DNA of 64,000 nt from Harriotta raleighana. Taxonomy: Eukaryota. The notes beneath the pieces are model-generated. The model did no database searches. It saw only the letters and a list, made by a program, of their open reading frames with translations, and was not told the origin of the DNA. The stretch is from positions 7,262,303-7,326,302 of the forward strand of contig JBNZDD010013720.1 of assembly GCA_050575255.1 (NCBI GenBank). Direction: 5' to 3'. This document shows positions 27,061-39,639 of the stretch, piece by piece. Made by a program: the position numbers and the translations under genes. Every line of letters starts with the position of its first letter. Position 1 is the stretch's first letter.

Positions 27061-27980
27061 TTTAATCATGGATCCAGTGGTTTAAGAAATATAGTTGCCA
27101 ATTGTTTGGATCACAGTAGAATGTTGCTATGGAACTATAAAGTGATCTATCAGCATGACTCACACAAATACAGTGACTTGCCCCCACACCATAATCATTC
27201 TCAATAATTTGTTCACATAAATTCTGATGAAGTCCTCAAGGTGTGACTTGATTTATTTGTCATGCAAACCTAAGAAAAAGTCTGAGAGCATTTGAATCTG
27301 CAGGCATTAGGTCACCCTTTCGAAATCAAAAACAGTATGCATTTCACTTAGCATTTCATATGTGCTCATATGTCATTTAAGAAAAATATATGTTAAATGT
27401 CTGTTAAAAATGCATATGTAAAATAATGTTTCCACTTCCGCTCAGAAAACTGGTTTAGAACTAAAACATGTAATTTTGAAATTGATTTTTATTTGTAACT
27501 GGAATGTTTTGGTATAGGACATCAAACCTGAACTGGCACTTTATTTGCATTATGTCAGAATTCAAACTACTGTATTATTTAACTTTCCACCATTTCACCT
27601 GTGTAAGGCTAAAATATTGGAGGAAATTCATGAGAACAGGAAAAGTAGCCAAATTATACATTAAACAGCACACATTACTAACAAAAAAACTGTAAGACTT
27701 GCATCCTACAGAGAAGATATAATACAAGTTGTTTATTTACACAACCTGACTGTTTGTTGGCTACATATGAGCCTCGAGTGTCAGTTGAAATATGGTTCCT
27801 GACTTAATACAACTCTGCCTTTCTGAAATAAGAACTGTGGATCATGCATTTTCTGTGAACAGTTTTACCCCAGTGAATGGAATATGTTGCATGAAATCCA
27901 AAATTGTTAGCTTGCTTTTGTGTCTTCTATGGAAGGAGCAGGCTTGTACCTACAAAGTAGCCTACCAACTACGTATTCAC

Positions 27981-27992
27981 NNNNNNNNNNNN

Positions 27993-28027
<35 letters not shown>

Positions 28028-28028
28028 A
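27981..28028. other. Assembly gap (11 N) abutting a poly-C run inside an L2 3' end
   Basis: N run followed by a C homopolymer, then the L2 tail to about 28150. Confidence 0.85.
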
Positions 28029-29074
28029 CCCCACCAATGTCCCCTGTCCTTAGCTTGGGTCTGAAGCAGTAATCTGTCCAGCGCCTTGGGACATCCTCCT
28101 GATGTGCAAAGCTGTATATAAATGTAATTTTGTTGCAGTTGTTGTTGTTGAGATGCTTTGATGACCTGATAAAATGAGATAAGACATGCAAGGATTATTA
28201 TCATTGTTTTTGGTACGTTTCCATCAATTTTATCTGCTGTAATTTGGGCTACAAGTCTCCGCTCACTGTTAAAATCACCACAAAAATATTGGGATATCAA
28301 TGGTATTTGTGGCTGTCCAATCATTATTGAAATGTTCAGGTCTTTTATAAGTTGACAAAACAGTGTGAAAGCAAATGCTGCATTATCAACTCCAGTTTAT
28401 TCAATCTGCTTGGGTTCAGGAAGCTTCAAGGACAAGTCTTCCTGCACTTCTCCAGTCTGCTAGTAAATGGCTTGATTAGATATCTCCCCTTTGAAGATCT
28501 AAAAATTTGAAGCCCAAATAAATTTAACAATAGAGGGCAACATAGTGAGTTCTCATCATTCATCCAGAAATCCGCTACAGAAAAATAAGAAATAAATAAC
28601 TTACTGATGAGACCTTTATTGACCACAAGGATTTGCTGAAATTGAAATATCAGGACCAGAAGGAAGTCTTGTGCTTATATAATTCAGGAAATGTTAGTAA
28701 CTAATTAAGTAGAGGAAACTTAGTCATTTGTTATTCTGTTCTGTAATGTTTGATTGCACGCAAAGCACTGTACTACAGTATAGCAGTGCAATATTAGAAC
28801 TACCATTTTGTTTCAAACCGCATAAAACCTGCCAAATCCCTGTAATTTATGTGAGATTTAGGAAATATTGCAACTTTAAGAGGGGAAATTGTCTTAAAAA
28901 AAAAGAAAGAAGAGGGAGTAAACCTATTCTCAATCTACTCTCACCTACCTCATCATTATTATGGTCACAATAGTTTCCGTTACTGAATCTTTTCTAGGCA
29001 AACATTATAAATTTTTGTGAAACATCTATTTACAAAGCTAATACTTATAAATGGGACATTCTTGTTGGTGGATT

Positions 29075-29260
29075 TAATAATAATAATCATCCTTGCAATT
29101 GGTATAGCACCTATTGGGTCATTGAGACATCTCAAGTTCTTCACAGGATATACTGTAAGGTGGAGTGACTGTATATTTTTGTCAGTCCCACAAACAGCCA
29201 TGGAGTGAGTGACCTTTTTTTGTGTGTGGGTGGGTGGGCTGTGTGGGATTATTGGTCAGG
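29075..29260 (-). mobile_element. SINE family A, internally deleted
   Basis: (TAA)n tail and CCCACAAACAGCCATGGA body on plus. Confidence 0.7.
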
Positions 29261-29559
29261 CAACTCAGAGAAACTCACTTCTCTATTTAAATAATCGGCA
29301 CCTCCAATAATGTAATCCCTCTCCCACCTCAACCCCACACATTGGGGTGTCATCTTAGACAATATAATTGATATTACACATTGATTGGAAGATGAGGAAA
29401 GGTCTAATGTGCAGCCATTTTTACCAGGATTTATTATTAAGGAAACCAAGGTCCTTCTGGTACCTGAAAGTATGTCATATAGATTTGCTGGAGCTCCACT
29501 GAAAGTGGATTATGCCAGAGTGGACTTTCTGTGAGTTGGCATGACATACTTTTAGTTGC

Positions 29560-29900
29560 CTTCTTATGGAATCTCATTAGAAATTTATTTAAAGTTGAAT
29601 TATCAGAAATACATGTAAACCAACGGAAACAGCATCAAAGCGATGCTCAGTAAGATGCAGCTTTGTTGGGTAAGCCATGTTGTTTAGAAGCAGTGATCTG
29701 ATTTAGGCAGAAACAGTGACATAAAGACAGTTTGATGAACAACCACAAAACATGTAATGTACACGTTGATGACTTAAAGGACATAATTGGATGGCCTATG
29801 ATGGCATGATGCCATTTGGCTGATGTCTTTTACTTGGAGAAGAAATGCCTATGAGTTGCACTGCACAGAAAGAAAGATAAACAAAGACACCCAGAAACGA
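29560..29900 (+). mobile_element. Old RTE-clade LINE fragment
   Basis: AGCATCAAAGCGATGCTCAGTAAGATGCAGCTTTGTTGGGTAAGCCATGTT translates to SIKAMLSKMQLCWVSHV, resembling the RTE C-terminal SIEAML..QLRWAGHV motif. Confidence 0.5.
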
Positions 29901-30120
29901 CAGCATATTGCTTGAAATTCTACAGACCACAGCAGAATTAATGTCTGTTTCCCATATAGAGGTCTAAATCGGTCATTAATATATTTTAACGGTGTGGAAT
30001 TACTGATTGGATGCAGTGTTTTTCTTAATGCTATCGACATCACACAGCAGTGAATAATCCTGTGTTTCTTTTGAAAACTTGTAAAAAGAGGTGCATTTTT
30101 CCCCTTCGTTAAGCAAATAC

Positions 30121-30333
30121 TGTAATGTAGTTTGTTTTGACAAATTTGTCAGATTTGTTTTCTCTACATCGTGGCAAGTGGCATAATAAACACTTTGCAA
30201 TGACTTGTACAGCACAGTATTAAAAANTGTAATGTAGTTTGTTTTGACAAATTTGTCAGATTTGTTTTCTCTACATCATGGCAAGTGGCATAATAAACAC
30301 TTTGCAATGACTTGTACAGCACAGTATTAAAAA
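30121..30333. repeat. Direct duplication across a single N (probable assembly artefact)
   Basis: About 106 bp repeated on both sides of the N at 30227, with one G/A difference. Confidence 0.85.
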
Positions 30334-30805
30334 TCAAGTTTTAGTCATGAAATGTATTCAGTTCATTAAATGATATTGATATAAAGGAAATGCTATTGCA
30401 GTATAGTTAGTATCTAAATTAATCAATCAGCATATTAATGGCACAACATCTCCATTCTGGCACATTTGAGTAGGTTCTATTGTTTCACTGATACAGTAAA
30501 CCTCACATAAATTATATTAGTTAGGACCATACATTTAAGATGACTTATGCAAAGTATAAGTTTTAAGCCTGCTGAGATGCCACCCTGCATGGAGAGCACT
30601 ATATAAGTGGAAGTTGTTGTTGTATGTGAAACTTGCATGAGTCGTATCATATATAACTCGGATTTTATACAATTTACATGAAACAAATGCACGGGTACTG
30701 AACTGGCTGATGACATTGAGGCAGAGTTTCTGTAGCATGTATAACCCATTCACATTAAAGCTATGTTAGCTGATTCTTTCCAGATACAAATGTAATTTTG
30801 TTCTT

Positions 30806-31030
30806 TTATACGGTACTGCAGAGTAGTTGCATGATCTGGATCTTTTCTTCTTTTTCTTGAGGTAAGTAAATGTCCTTTTTCATTTCATGATTTGCCTCAC
30901 AAAATTGGAGAATCTGGTATTTCTCCTGATAGTTCCTTGTCACTAATTTGTGTTTAGTTGAGCTACCTGCATCGTATGATGGCTGGTCAGAATCTTGAAT
31001 TCTGTACCTGTTCACTGTGCTGTACGACAT
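30806..31030 (-). pseudogene. Possible pogo/Tigger transposase N-terminal (CENP-B-like HTH) remnant
   Basis: KHKLVTRNYQEKYQILQFCEANHEMKKDI resembles the KRK...EK..IL...E........DI start of pogo-family transposases; by-eye similarity only. Confidence 0.35.
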
Positions 31031-31849
31031 GGATCCTTCGGCATTGAAGCCTGTGCAAAGTGCAAATGCTAGGTCAGGCTTTAGGTTACTGTGATTGTCT
31101 CACATGGATCAGTCATACATTGCTTCAGGTAAATGCCCATATGGTGAAGAGTCCCCTTTGGTTTCAACGTGATGACAAATTTCTTGTCCCCTCGCTCACC
31201 ACTCGATCAGGGGACGCTCTTTCCTCTCAACACTCCCCATTTCCCCCCCATTGCCGTGTGTGATGATGTTGATGTTAGAGTGAGGGTGTGGAGAGTGTTG
31301 GGGTGCAGATTTGTGGTGTTCTCTTTGAGGTAGGGGCAGGAAACACTTTTGACCCGGCAACCAATAGATTTGAAGCGGCAGGTGCTAATGGCAAGTCTGA
31401 TAGTAATGTTCGAGTTGCACAATTGTTAATACCACTTGTGTAGATAAATTTAAGTGGATTCAATAGGAAATTCAACAAACTTGGGCAAATTCACCATTTA
31501 GGCATAACACAAATTATAAAGATCAGGCTTATGTAAATATTACTGTATTATCTATGTGGAGACTGAGAGTAGTACTATAAATTCAGAAAATTGCAAAGCA
31601 TTCTATGAAGGTTAAAAGCCAAATAGGAACATCTCAGTCCTGCTGACCAGTCCAAAGCAAATATTACACTAATCTCTCTTCCATGCCCCACAAAAAAGTT
31701 GTTTTTTCAATAGTTATTGGATTAGTCCTTAAATTTTGTTCACTCAATCTGCCTTCAATAATTCCCTGGGTAATCCTTTCCACATAATCATCATTTTGCT
31801 GCAAAAAAATTCCACCTGGGGTATAGAGCACCCAAATTTTGGGCAGGAG

Positions 31850-32362
31850 GCTTCGTGATCACATCACTCCCACCCTCGCTCGTCTCCACTGGCTCCCCAT
31901 CCCCCAGAGGATTGAATTCAAGATCCTCGTCCTCACCTTCAAGGCCACCCACGGCCTTGCCCCCACCTATCTCTCTGACCTGCTGTGTCCCTACCAGTCT
32001 CCGTTCAGCAGATTCAGGCCTGCTCCGTGTCCACCGCCCGAACCGCCCAGCCATTGGTGGCCGGGCTTTCAGCCTCTCTGCCCCCACACTTTGGAACTCC
32101 TTCCCGCAGTCCCTCTGCCTTGCTTCCTCCCTTTCCTTGTTCAAGGCCAGTCTCAAGACCTTCCTCTTCGACCGCGCCTTCGGCTCCCCCCCCGACTCTT
32201 CCCCCTCTCCCACTCTCCTTCCCCCTTTCCCACTCTCCTTCCCCCTAACCCTACCCCCGACCCTCCTCCCCTACTTGGGTCCCGACCTGACTGTTAAGCA
32301 CTTTGGGACGTCCTCCCTATGTGAAAGGCACTATGCAAGTGCAATTTTGTTGTTGTTGTTTT
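31850..32362 (+). mobile_element. Young, CpG-rich L2 LINE 3' fragment
   Basis: RDHITPTLARLHWLPIPQRIEFKILVLTFKA...GGRAFSLSAPTLWNSFPQSL...FKASLKTFLFDRAF; (TTG)n tail. Confidence 0.95.
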
Positions 32363-32427
32363 AGCAAGTTGTTGAATTCAGTTTTCTTGAGTCCTCAACA
32401 GAACTTTCAGAAACCTGTCTCTTCAAA

Positions 32428-32730
32428 TCATAATAATAATTCTTGCATTTGATATAGCGCTTTGTCTCTTCTAGACATCTCAAAGCATTTCACAGAATAT
32501 ACTGGAAAATGAATTGACTGTATATTTGTGGGTGAAGTGCAGCAACCAATTGTGCACAGCAGTGTCCCACAGACAGCCGTGAATTGAAATGACCAATTTA
32601 TTATTCTGTTTTTCCTTTTGGAGGGATTATTATCAGGCATGTGGAGTAAGAAAACTTGCCCCTACCTGCCTGGATTCAAACACATGTCTTGTATTTGTAA
32701 GGCGAGTGCTCGAACCACTGAGCTACAGAA
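32428..32730 (-). mobile_element. SINE family A, near full length
   Basis: Minus-strand head TGTAGCTCAGTGGTTCGAGCACTCGCC...GTTTGAATCC, then body and (ATT)n tail. Confidence 0.9.
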
Positions 32731-34429
32731 CTTCTCCAAAATAAAGACGCTACGAATTTGCCAAATTCCGAATCCTTTGAAATGCTACAAAAGTAGAAAT
32801 TCTCTCCCTGGGTAAAGAAATAAAATTAAAACACCTTCGTTCTTCTGAGTTTCAGTCCTTGCCCTTGTGAAGAGTTTGAGACTTTGCTCAACAGATTATA
32901 AGGGTTCAGTTCCTCCTGACCCTCCAAGATCTTGCTCTCCAGACCAACTCACTTAGGATTGCATTGATACGCCATATTTATTAAAATCATTACATTGAAT
33001 ACCTCCATCTTCTTAAGAAAATATAAAATCATATTTCTAACACATCAAAAGTCTTGAAGAAAATGTTCAAGAATATTTAGAAATTCAAGGGTGATTCTTC
33101 AGCGCTTCTTAACCGATTCTTCAGTGTTTCTTAAGCGCTTTGAGACGTTGATAAGATGTGGAAAATGCTATATAAATGTAAGGATTATTATTATTATTCA
33201 GCACATTCAATACTTTCACTATGTTTTCTACAAATGTAATTTTACTTTGAATATGTTGTTGATCTACTAATGCTATCTATAATTTCTCAGCTCTGGCTCA
33301 TGATAAGGTGCCACTCAGTGTCAATGACTGGGAGAGTGATCAGGTGCTGTAATTCCAGGGTATATCATTGCAAATTAAGAGAACACAAAGATCAAAATTA
33401 GAAGATTAATGTTGTCATATCTGCAAGAGAATCTTTTGCCAAAGCTCTTTAATTCTAGGAAATGTTAAAGGTTAGGAAAGTGGTACAACTTAAAATTGGT
33501 TAGTGTAGGACATGATTGATCCCATTAGATTTCCTGTGCTTCTCTTGAACTTCTTGCTTTTTGTGCTTGAAATAGATGCACTGTACAAATGTAACCATTG
33601 CCAGGAAATCAGCATTGCGAGCCAGATACCAACTGATTACCGAAGCAGACTTGGTTTGCAAATCACCAGTTTATCCAGATGGCAAAAAAAAGCTCAGTGT
33701 CCTCACATTTCCATGGTGGGGAGTACCAACACTCACTAATTAAAAGACCCAGAAAGGTGCAGTCACCTGTACTCAATCTCCTGCACCTCTCTGTACCTTA
33801 TTGTAACCTACTGAGTACAGGTACTCACATCTTCAAGCTCTATCAGGCACCACATCTAACAGAAAACTGCACATCCATCCCTTGATCCAGTCCCAGAATA
33901 AAGAAGTCGGAGAGTGGATTGTGAATTGTAATTTTTATACCAGACTTTACACCCTCCCACTCTCAGACACAGTGCGAAGCCCCGTAGAGTCTCGCTTGGA
34001 TGGACTCCACAGCCCCAGGCCCAAAGTCTGTCAGAAATACAACACTTTCAGAGGGCATAATTGTGGAACCAGAGTGCCTATTAAAAATTGTAAGATAACA
34101 TTGCATTGCATTTGAGTTAAACTACAATAAGTGATTAGGTAATGGTGTGAATGGAAGGCCAAATGCTGCATTGTATTTAAAGCTGACCAGGACAATGAGT
34201 TAGTGATTTTTACTTGAGGATTGCGTAAAATGACGTGAAGCAAATCAGGTATTAATCAACTGACTTGTGGTGATTAAGTACTTTCCTAACCTGCTATTTA
34301 TAAACCATTTTATTTTCCGCTGTTGCAGCTTTAATTTTCACAAGACTTTTGTTTTGACTTATCAAGGCCAAAATTGTCCCCTGAATTTGTTTGCTTTCGC
34401 ATGATTTAGCTTCTCAGTAGAGCAATTTA

Positions 34430-35060
34430 TACAACAAAAACACCAACTTGCATTTATATAGCTCCCTCCACACTGAGCGGCATCTCGGAGCGCTTAACAA
34501 TGGTGGTGGCCGAACCAGGGGGAGGGCGAAGGTGACTGTGGTGCAGTCAAAGACAGTCAAAGCACAACCTGAAGATGGGGAAGGAAGGCTGAGAAAAAGG
34601 GGTTGAGGGAGGGAGTTCTAAAGTTTTGAGGCATAGTGGCTGAAAGCACAGCTGTTGGTGATGGTGGAGCGCAGGATTCGGGGGACAAGAAGGAGGCTGA
34701 ACCCAGTAGAATGGAGGCAGTGGGTGCTGCTGTGAGGAGAGAGGAGGTTAGAGAGGTAGATGGATGCCAATGAGTAGAGGGATTTAAACACAAGTTCTTG
34801 AGGATCTTGAAGTCGACCAGCTGTGTGAAAGAAAGCCAGTGGAGTTTGGCAAGGACTGGGGTAATTGGGATATGAAGTTTGGTATGGGTGAGAATGTGGG
34901 AGGCAGAATTTTGGATAAGCTAAATTTTGTGAATGGTGGAGGAGGGGATACCAGCAATGAAGGTGGTGGAGTAGTCCAACCGAGAGATAACGAAGGTGGG
35001 ATCAGTGTTTCAACAGCTTTTGGGATGAGGTATTGACGGAGATGGGTAATGCGGCAGAGA
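34430..35060 (-). mobile_element. L2 LINE 3' fragment (second subfamily)
   Basis: Tail CAACTTGCATTTATATAGCTCCCTCCAC...CTCGGAGCGCTT on plus; ORF2 C-terminal remnants. Confidence 0.75.
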
Positions 35061-35597
35061 TAAAGCTGCTTCTCTTGTACAGACTGACTGGGTGCTCGTG
35101 AATCTTTGAGTTATTCTAGTTTATTGATATTCTGGTTCTTGGCAGCAGGTTATGTTGAAGCATGGAATGCTTTGCCAAAATGACCATCGAAACAAAGACC
35201 ATAACAACACTAGGCATATTTTCTAAAGGAAACCTAAAAAGGAAGAGCAGGGAATTGGGATTATGTATTTTAGTGGAGGAACAATCCCTGCGTAAAGCTC
35301 AAAGAACTAAGTGGCCTCATTGTGTAATTCTATTTTATGATCCTGCAGTGCACAAGGACAACCAGTGAATATGCAGGTCGGTCAGGAAACAACAAATTCA
35401 AAGAGAAGAAAAGTGAACATTTTTACCAGAGGCATAGAATATGTAGTTGATCACCAGCACTTTGAATAATCATCAAAGTACTGTATAATAATTCTGGGAA
35501 CATGAATAATTCAACAACAACAACAACTTTGATTTATATAGTGCCCTCCATGCCGGGCAGCATCTCAGAGTCCTTTAGCTGATATGCCAATACACAA

Positions 35598-35642
35598 TAT
35601 ATATAATATATACTGTGTGTATATATATATATATATATATAG
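35598..35642. repeat. (TA)n/(TG)n microsatellite
   Basis: Visible directly; a second compound TA/TG tract lies at about 35905-35985. Confidence 0.9.
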
Positions 35643-36571
35643 AAGTGAATGCTAGCTAGGGTTAAATAATGTATAAGGGAGAGTGTGAAAAAGCTAAACT
35701 TTTAGTTTTAATTGCAATATTTGAAAGCAATTCTTCAGTATAGTATACTCTGAATGACTCACTATTTTTAAATATCCCTAATGTTGAAACATTTGCAAGA
35801 AAATCCATGTGAAGAATAAAAGTTGAGGTATGGGATATTGGGGGAAGAATATGCCTGAATATACCTGAAAGTACCAGTGAATTGATATTGGTTGACTCTG
35901 GTTGATATATGTATATGTTGTGTGTGTATATATATATATACATACATTGTGTATATACATATATATACAGTATGTGTATATATATTGAAAAATGCCAGTG
36001 CTCAGTGTCCCATCTGTCACTCCAACAAAATTCAGCAAACTGAGGAAATGAGTTCAGACAAGTGGCAGATCTTGGGCTTGAATATTTCTAACTTTCTAAC
36101 TCAAATTGGATCAGGTTTACTACCTCATAGATCAGCTTGCAGGGTAATTATTAAAATATTTCCAAATATTGTTTGTTTGAATTATATTTTGCAAAGAGTG
36201 TAGTGCAGAGAAAATGTGCTGATTTTGTTTCTCTCTCTCTTAAAAATGTTCAACAGATTTGTGTTTCCAAAGCTACGTTCACAGTGAACACAGAACCTTA
36301 GAGATTATAGTAGAAACAAATAAAACACAAAACAAAATTACATTTGTAGAGCGCCTTTCACGTTGGAGTAAAGTACAATAAAGTACTATTGGGTCTAGTC
36401 TATATACTAACAAGCTTATTCAAAAACATTTGGGGGTCAGTCCTGTGTGTAAGACATGTGGAAATGCATCAAACCCGACTAAGAGTTTCATGTCTGCCAT
36501 ATACCATGTAGAAATTCCTATGGCTGGAATGAAATGTGCACTTTCGCCCTGGAGATTTGCGTTACATTATC

Positions 36572-36875
36572 CGAGGTGTCATCCTTCAGATGAGGCATTA
36601 AACTGAGATCCTATCTGGGTGATCAGGTGGACATTGATGATCCCATGGCATTATTCAAAAAGAGACACAAGTTTATTTTTGTGTCCTGGCAAACAATCCA
36701 CCAAAATAAAATTGGTTATTCATTTCATTTCTGTTTATGGGACATTGCTATATGCATTTGCGCTGCCGTGTTTTCCTATAATACAAAGTCATTCTACCTT
36801 ACAGTATATCCTTTGAAGCATTTTGAGATGTCTCAATGATATGGTAAGGTGTTATGCCAAATGAAGGAATTATTA
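36572..36875 (+). mobile_element. Deu-domain SINE core joined to the family-A-type tail
   Basis: GAGGTGTCATCCTTCAGATGAGGCATTAAACTGAG...CAGGTGGACATTGATGATCCCATGGCATTATTC matches the recalled Deu core. Confidence 0.7.
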
Positions 36876-37399
36876 GTCACTGCCGTATGCTAAATTGGAC
36901 CACTGTCACTCAATCTACAGTTAGAATCAACAATCCATAGAATCTAACATAGATGCTAGGGAAGAAAACACTAATATTTCCACTGGCCAGTAATCACTGT
37001 TGGAAGTATGAGTATATGGTCTTAGGATTTAGCCTAAGTTTTGGTTGTGCTTGTCTACATGGTCAAATATCTTACCAAAACTTACCGGTGTCAGCTCACA
37101 TATGAAAAACGGGTGCCTGAGTGAAATACTGCCAATTAAACTGTTTTGCAGTATGAGTAGCTTTGCTCAGGAAACCAAGACAGATAATTGGAAAAGAGAA
37201 AAATAATTGCTTGGAGAATGTTGGCTCAGTGAGTGATTACATGGAAATTATCTGGTTGAGAAGTGCAGGAGGCATCATTATCCACAAAAGCAAAGTTCAA
37301 GCACCACAGGGTAACTCCTCCTCACAAATGAGAAGCTGGCTTCTGCCAATAACCAGAAGTAAAACAGTGAGAGGCGGCAATAAATAAGTCAAGCAGGAT

Positions 37400-37910
37400 G
37401 CTGGGCAAAATTGCCAAATTGGTGGAGTTCGGATCCCAGATGTCATACTCGAAGCTTTACAGAGCTCCGGTCATGCTGCATCAAGAGGACTGTATGCACA
37501 AGTGGCCTGCCGATGCCCAAGATGCTGTCCAGGCAATGAACTGGATCTCCAGTATTACAGGAATGAGCTATGAGCAATGCTAAAAGTGGGCTCTTCAGTC
37601 TTGTCAGTACATCTTAATGACGATTGAAAAAATAAACCAGACAATATTTTAGGATGCACTGAAACCATAGAATAAAAAGACATAGGTTCAGAGTTATACA
37701 AGGCAACTTCAGGATAGACACCAGGAAGTATTTATGTACCCAGAGGGTCTAATGATTGGGGCAAGTTAGAAAGAAGGATGGTTGAGGCCAGGACATTGGA
37801 CTTGTTTTGAAAAAAATACAGCTTGATGATGTGATAGTAAATAGTAGAATGGGTATTTGGGAAAGATAAAATGAAATGGGCTGAAGGACTTTCTTCATCC
37901 AAGCTAATCT
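37400..37910 (+). mobile_element. Decayed CR1 LINE fragment
   Basis: KLYRAPVMLHQEDCMHKW (cf. LYKALVRPHLEYCVQFW) and CR1 tail GGGCTGAAGGACTTTC. Confidence 0.65.
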
Positions 37911-38349
37911 CATGATGTCAAACTGAGCAGTGGGAACTTGGTTCCTGCATAACCTATTCTGGGTAAAGTCCACATAGGCCTTCATAAGATATACTTCTGG
38001 TTAAGCAGTTCTTATTTGTAGTACTTGGAGTCCTTCTTAAAGTATTTGATTAAGTAAATCCAAAGTTTAGACACAAATGGCAATTTAAAATTATGCTGAT
38101 TGTCACCGGTTTTTTACTTTTGTATCGTGGAGCTTAGTTTAAATGTGAAAAGGGGGAAATTGCAATGTAAGCTGGTAGGCCTGACTAACTGTGGATCGGT
38201 TCAGTTTATCTCACTCACTTTGCTTTATACGTGGCCTAAATTAATTGAGGCTAAACATAGTAGGAAGATGCAAGAATCTTGAGGCTTTTATGTATTCAGC
38301 CAGAGTTGTATATAACCGGAACAGAGTGGCTGAAATAATCATATTATTC

Positions 38350-38423
38350 ACTTCAAGTGATTCCAAGTCCCGGAACGGGGCTTGAACCCACAACCTTCTG
38401 ACTCAGAGACGAGAATGCTACCA
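38350..38423 (-). mobile_element. Deu-SINE tRNA-like head fragment
   Basis: Minus strand TGGTAGCATTCTCGTCTCTGAGTCAGAAGGTTGTGGGTTCAAGCCCC; matches 61317-61357. Confidence 0.7.
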
Positions 38424-39639
38424 TGAATGGCCAAAAAGATAAAGGTAGCACCAGGTGTAGTCTATAAAAACGTAAAGTTTTTATTGCACTAAGTTTGTAT
38501 TGCAATCATTACTCATTCCTGTGTTCATTTATATTATTAACAGTATGATACATAATAAATCTTTCCTAGTCATGCTACTTAGAAGTTTTCAAATTCAAAC
38601 CGAGTTTGTACTGAATTAGCGCATCTCAGCTGGACTAACTGTTGGGGAATGATACTTGGCTATCGCGCCCTTAGGCTATAAGGAAGTGGGGTGGAAACTC
38701 AGCCTTCGGTGACTCTGCTGATCATAAGCCCAGAAACGCACTGGCAATGCAATTCCACTTTCCATGCTTCAAGAGGGTGCTGACTCTCATTGTCTCTGCT
38801 TCTTCAATCACAAAGTCAGTTTGATGAGCCATTATGCTGTCCATTAAATTGAACTTCAGCAAAAATCAGCACATTCAGGAAGGCAGAGAAAAAGACTAAA
38901 TCTCCCCTCCTCCTGGTGGGGACACTGCATACTTTCTTCTTGGCAGAAAAACACCCGTTTATGTCCTATGATTATTTGACTTATTTTTTTAAAATTCACA
39001 ATATTTTAGTCTCTTAGGTGGAGCATGTGATATTCTCCATTTTGTGACGTAAGGAGGGAGTGGTATTAATATCCATGCCATCATTCTATTTTATCCATCT
39101 CAATCTCTGCTTTGGGCTTTCATATATTTGTATATTTGCTATACATATGTTTTCATATATTTGTATACAGTATATGCTAATTTGGTCTAGATGCTTTTAA
39201 GCATAGTGAGAGTAACCACATTTGTTGGAGAACCAGCAGCCATAAAAGCATTTAAAAAATCCCAAACATTGTCTAAACGTCCACAACTTTACCAGTGCTG
39301 ATTGGATTACAAACTGCAAACTCAGAAGTTTATCTATTTGTCTGAGAGCTCAGACTATGCTACAGTTTAGAACTCATCTGTTGCTTATAAACTGTAACTT
39401 TTTCTACCCAAGAAATTAAAATTCTCACTACTTGGATGCATGCCATAATCATAGAATCATAGAATTTTACAGCAAAAAGGAGCACCAGGACTTTGGAAAG
39501 TGCTGTTCAAAGTCAATCCCACTACCCAGCTCTCTTGCCATAACCCTGCACACATGTCCTCCCCATAGAATCATCGAATTTTACAGCACAAAAGGTGCTA
39601 ATCATCAGTCACAAGTACTCAACAGGGGTGAAATTTAAG

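Noticed and set aside
27223-27255. CTGATGA followed by AGTC/GACT stem as a hammerhead ribozyme
   Set aside because: No GAAA follows the stem and no stem I or III is evident.
27792-28324. Poly-Pro / poly-Gly ORFs
   Set aside because: They are translations of a C homopolymer next to an N gap within an L2 tail.
31791-32364. GC/CpG-rich segment as a CpG-island promoter or overlapping genes
   Set aside because: It is entirely a young L2 3' fragment.
33093-33137. Short two-copy tandem duplications (also about 17872-17904, 44455-44487, 60223-60292, 61378-61422)
   Set aside because: These look like ordinary local slippage duplications, several inside decayed repeats, with no shared motif or periodicity.
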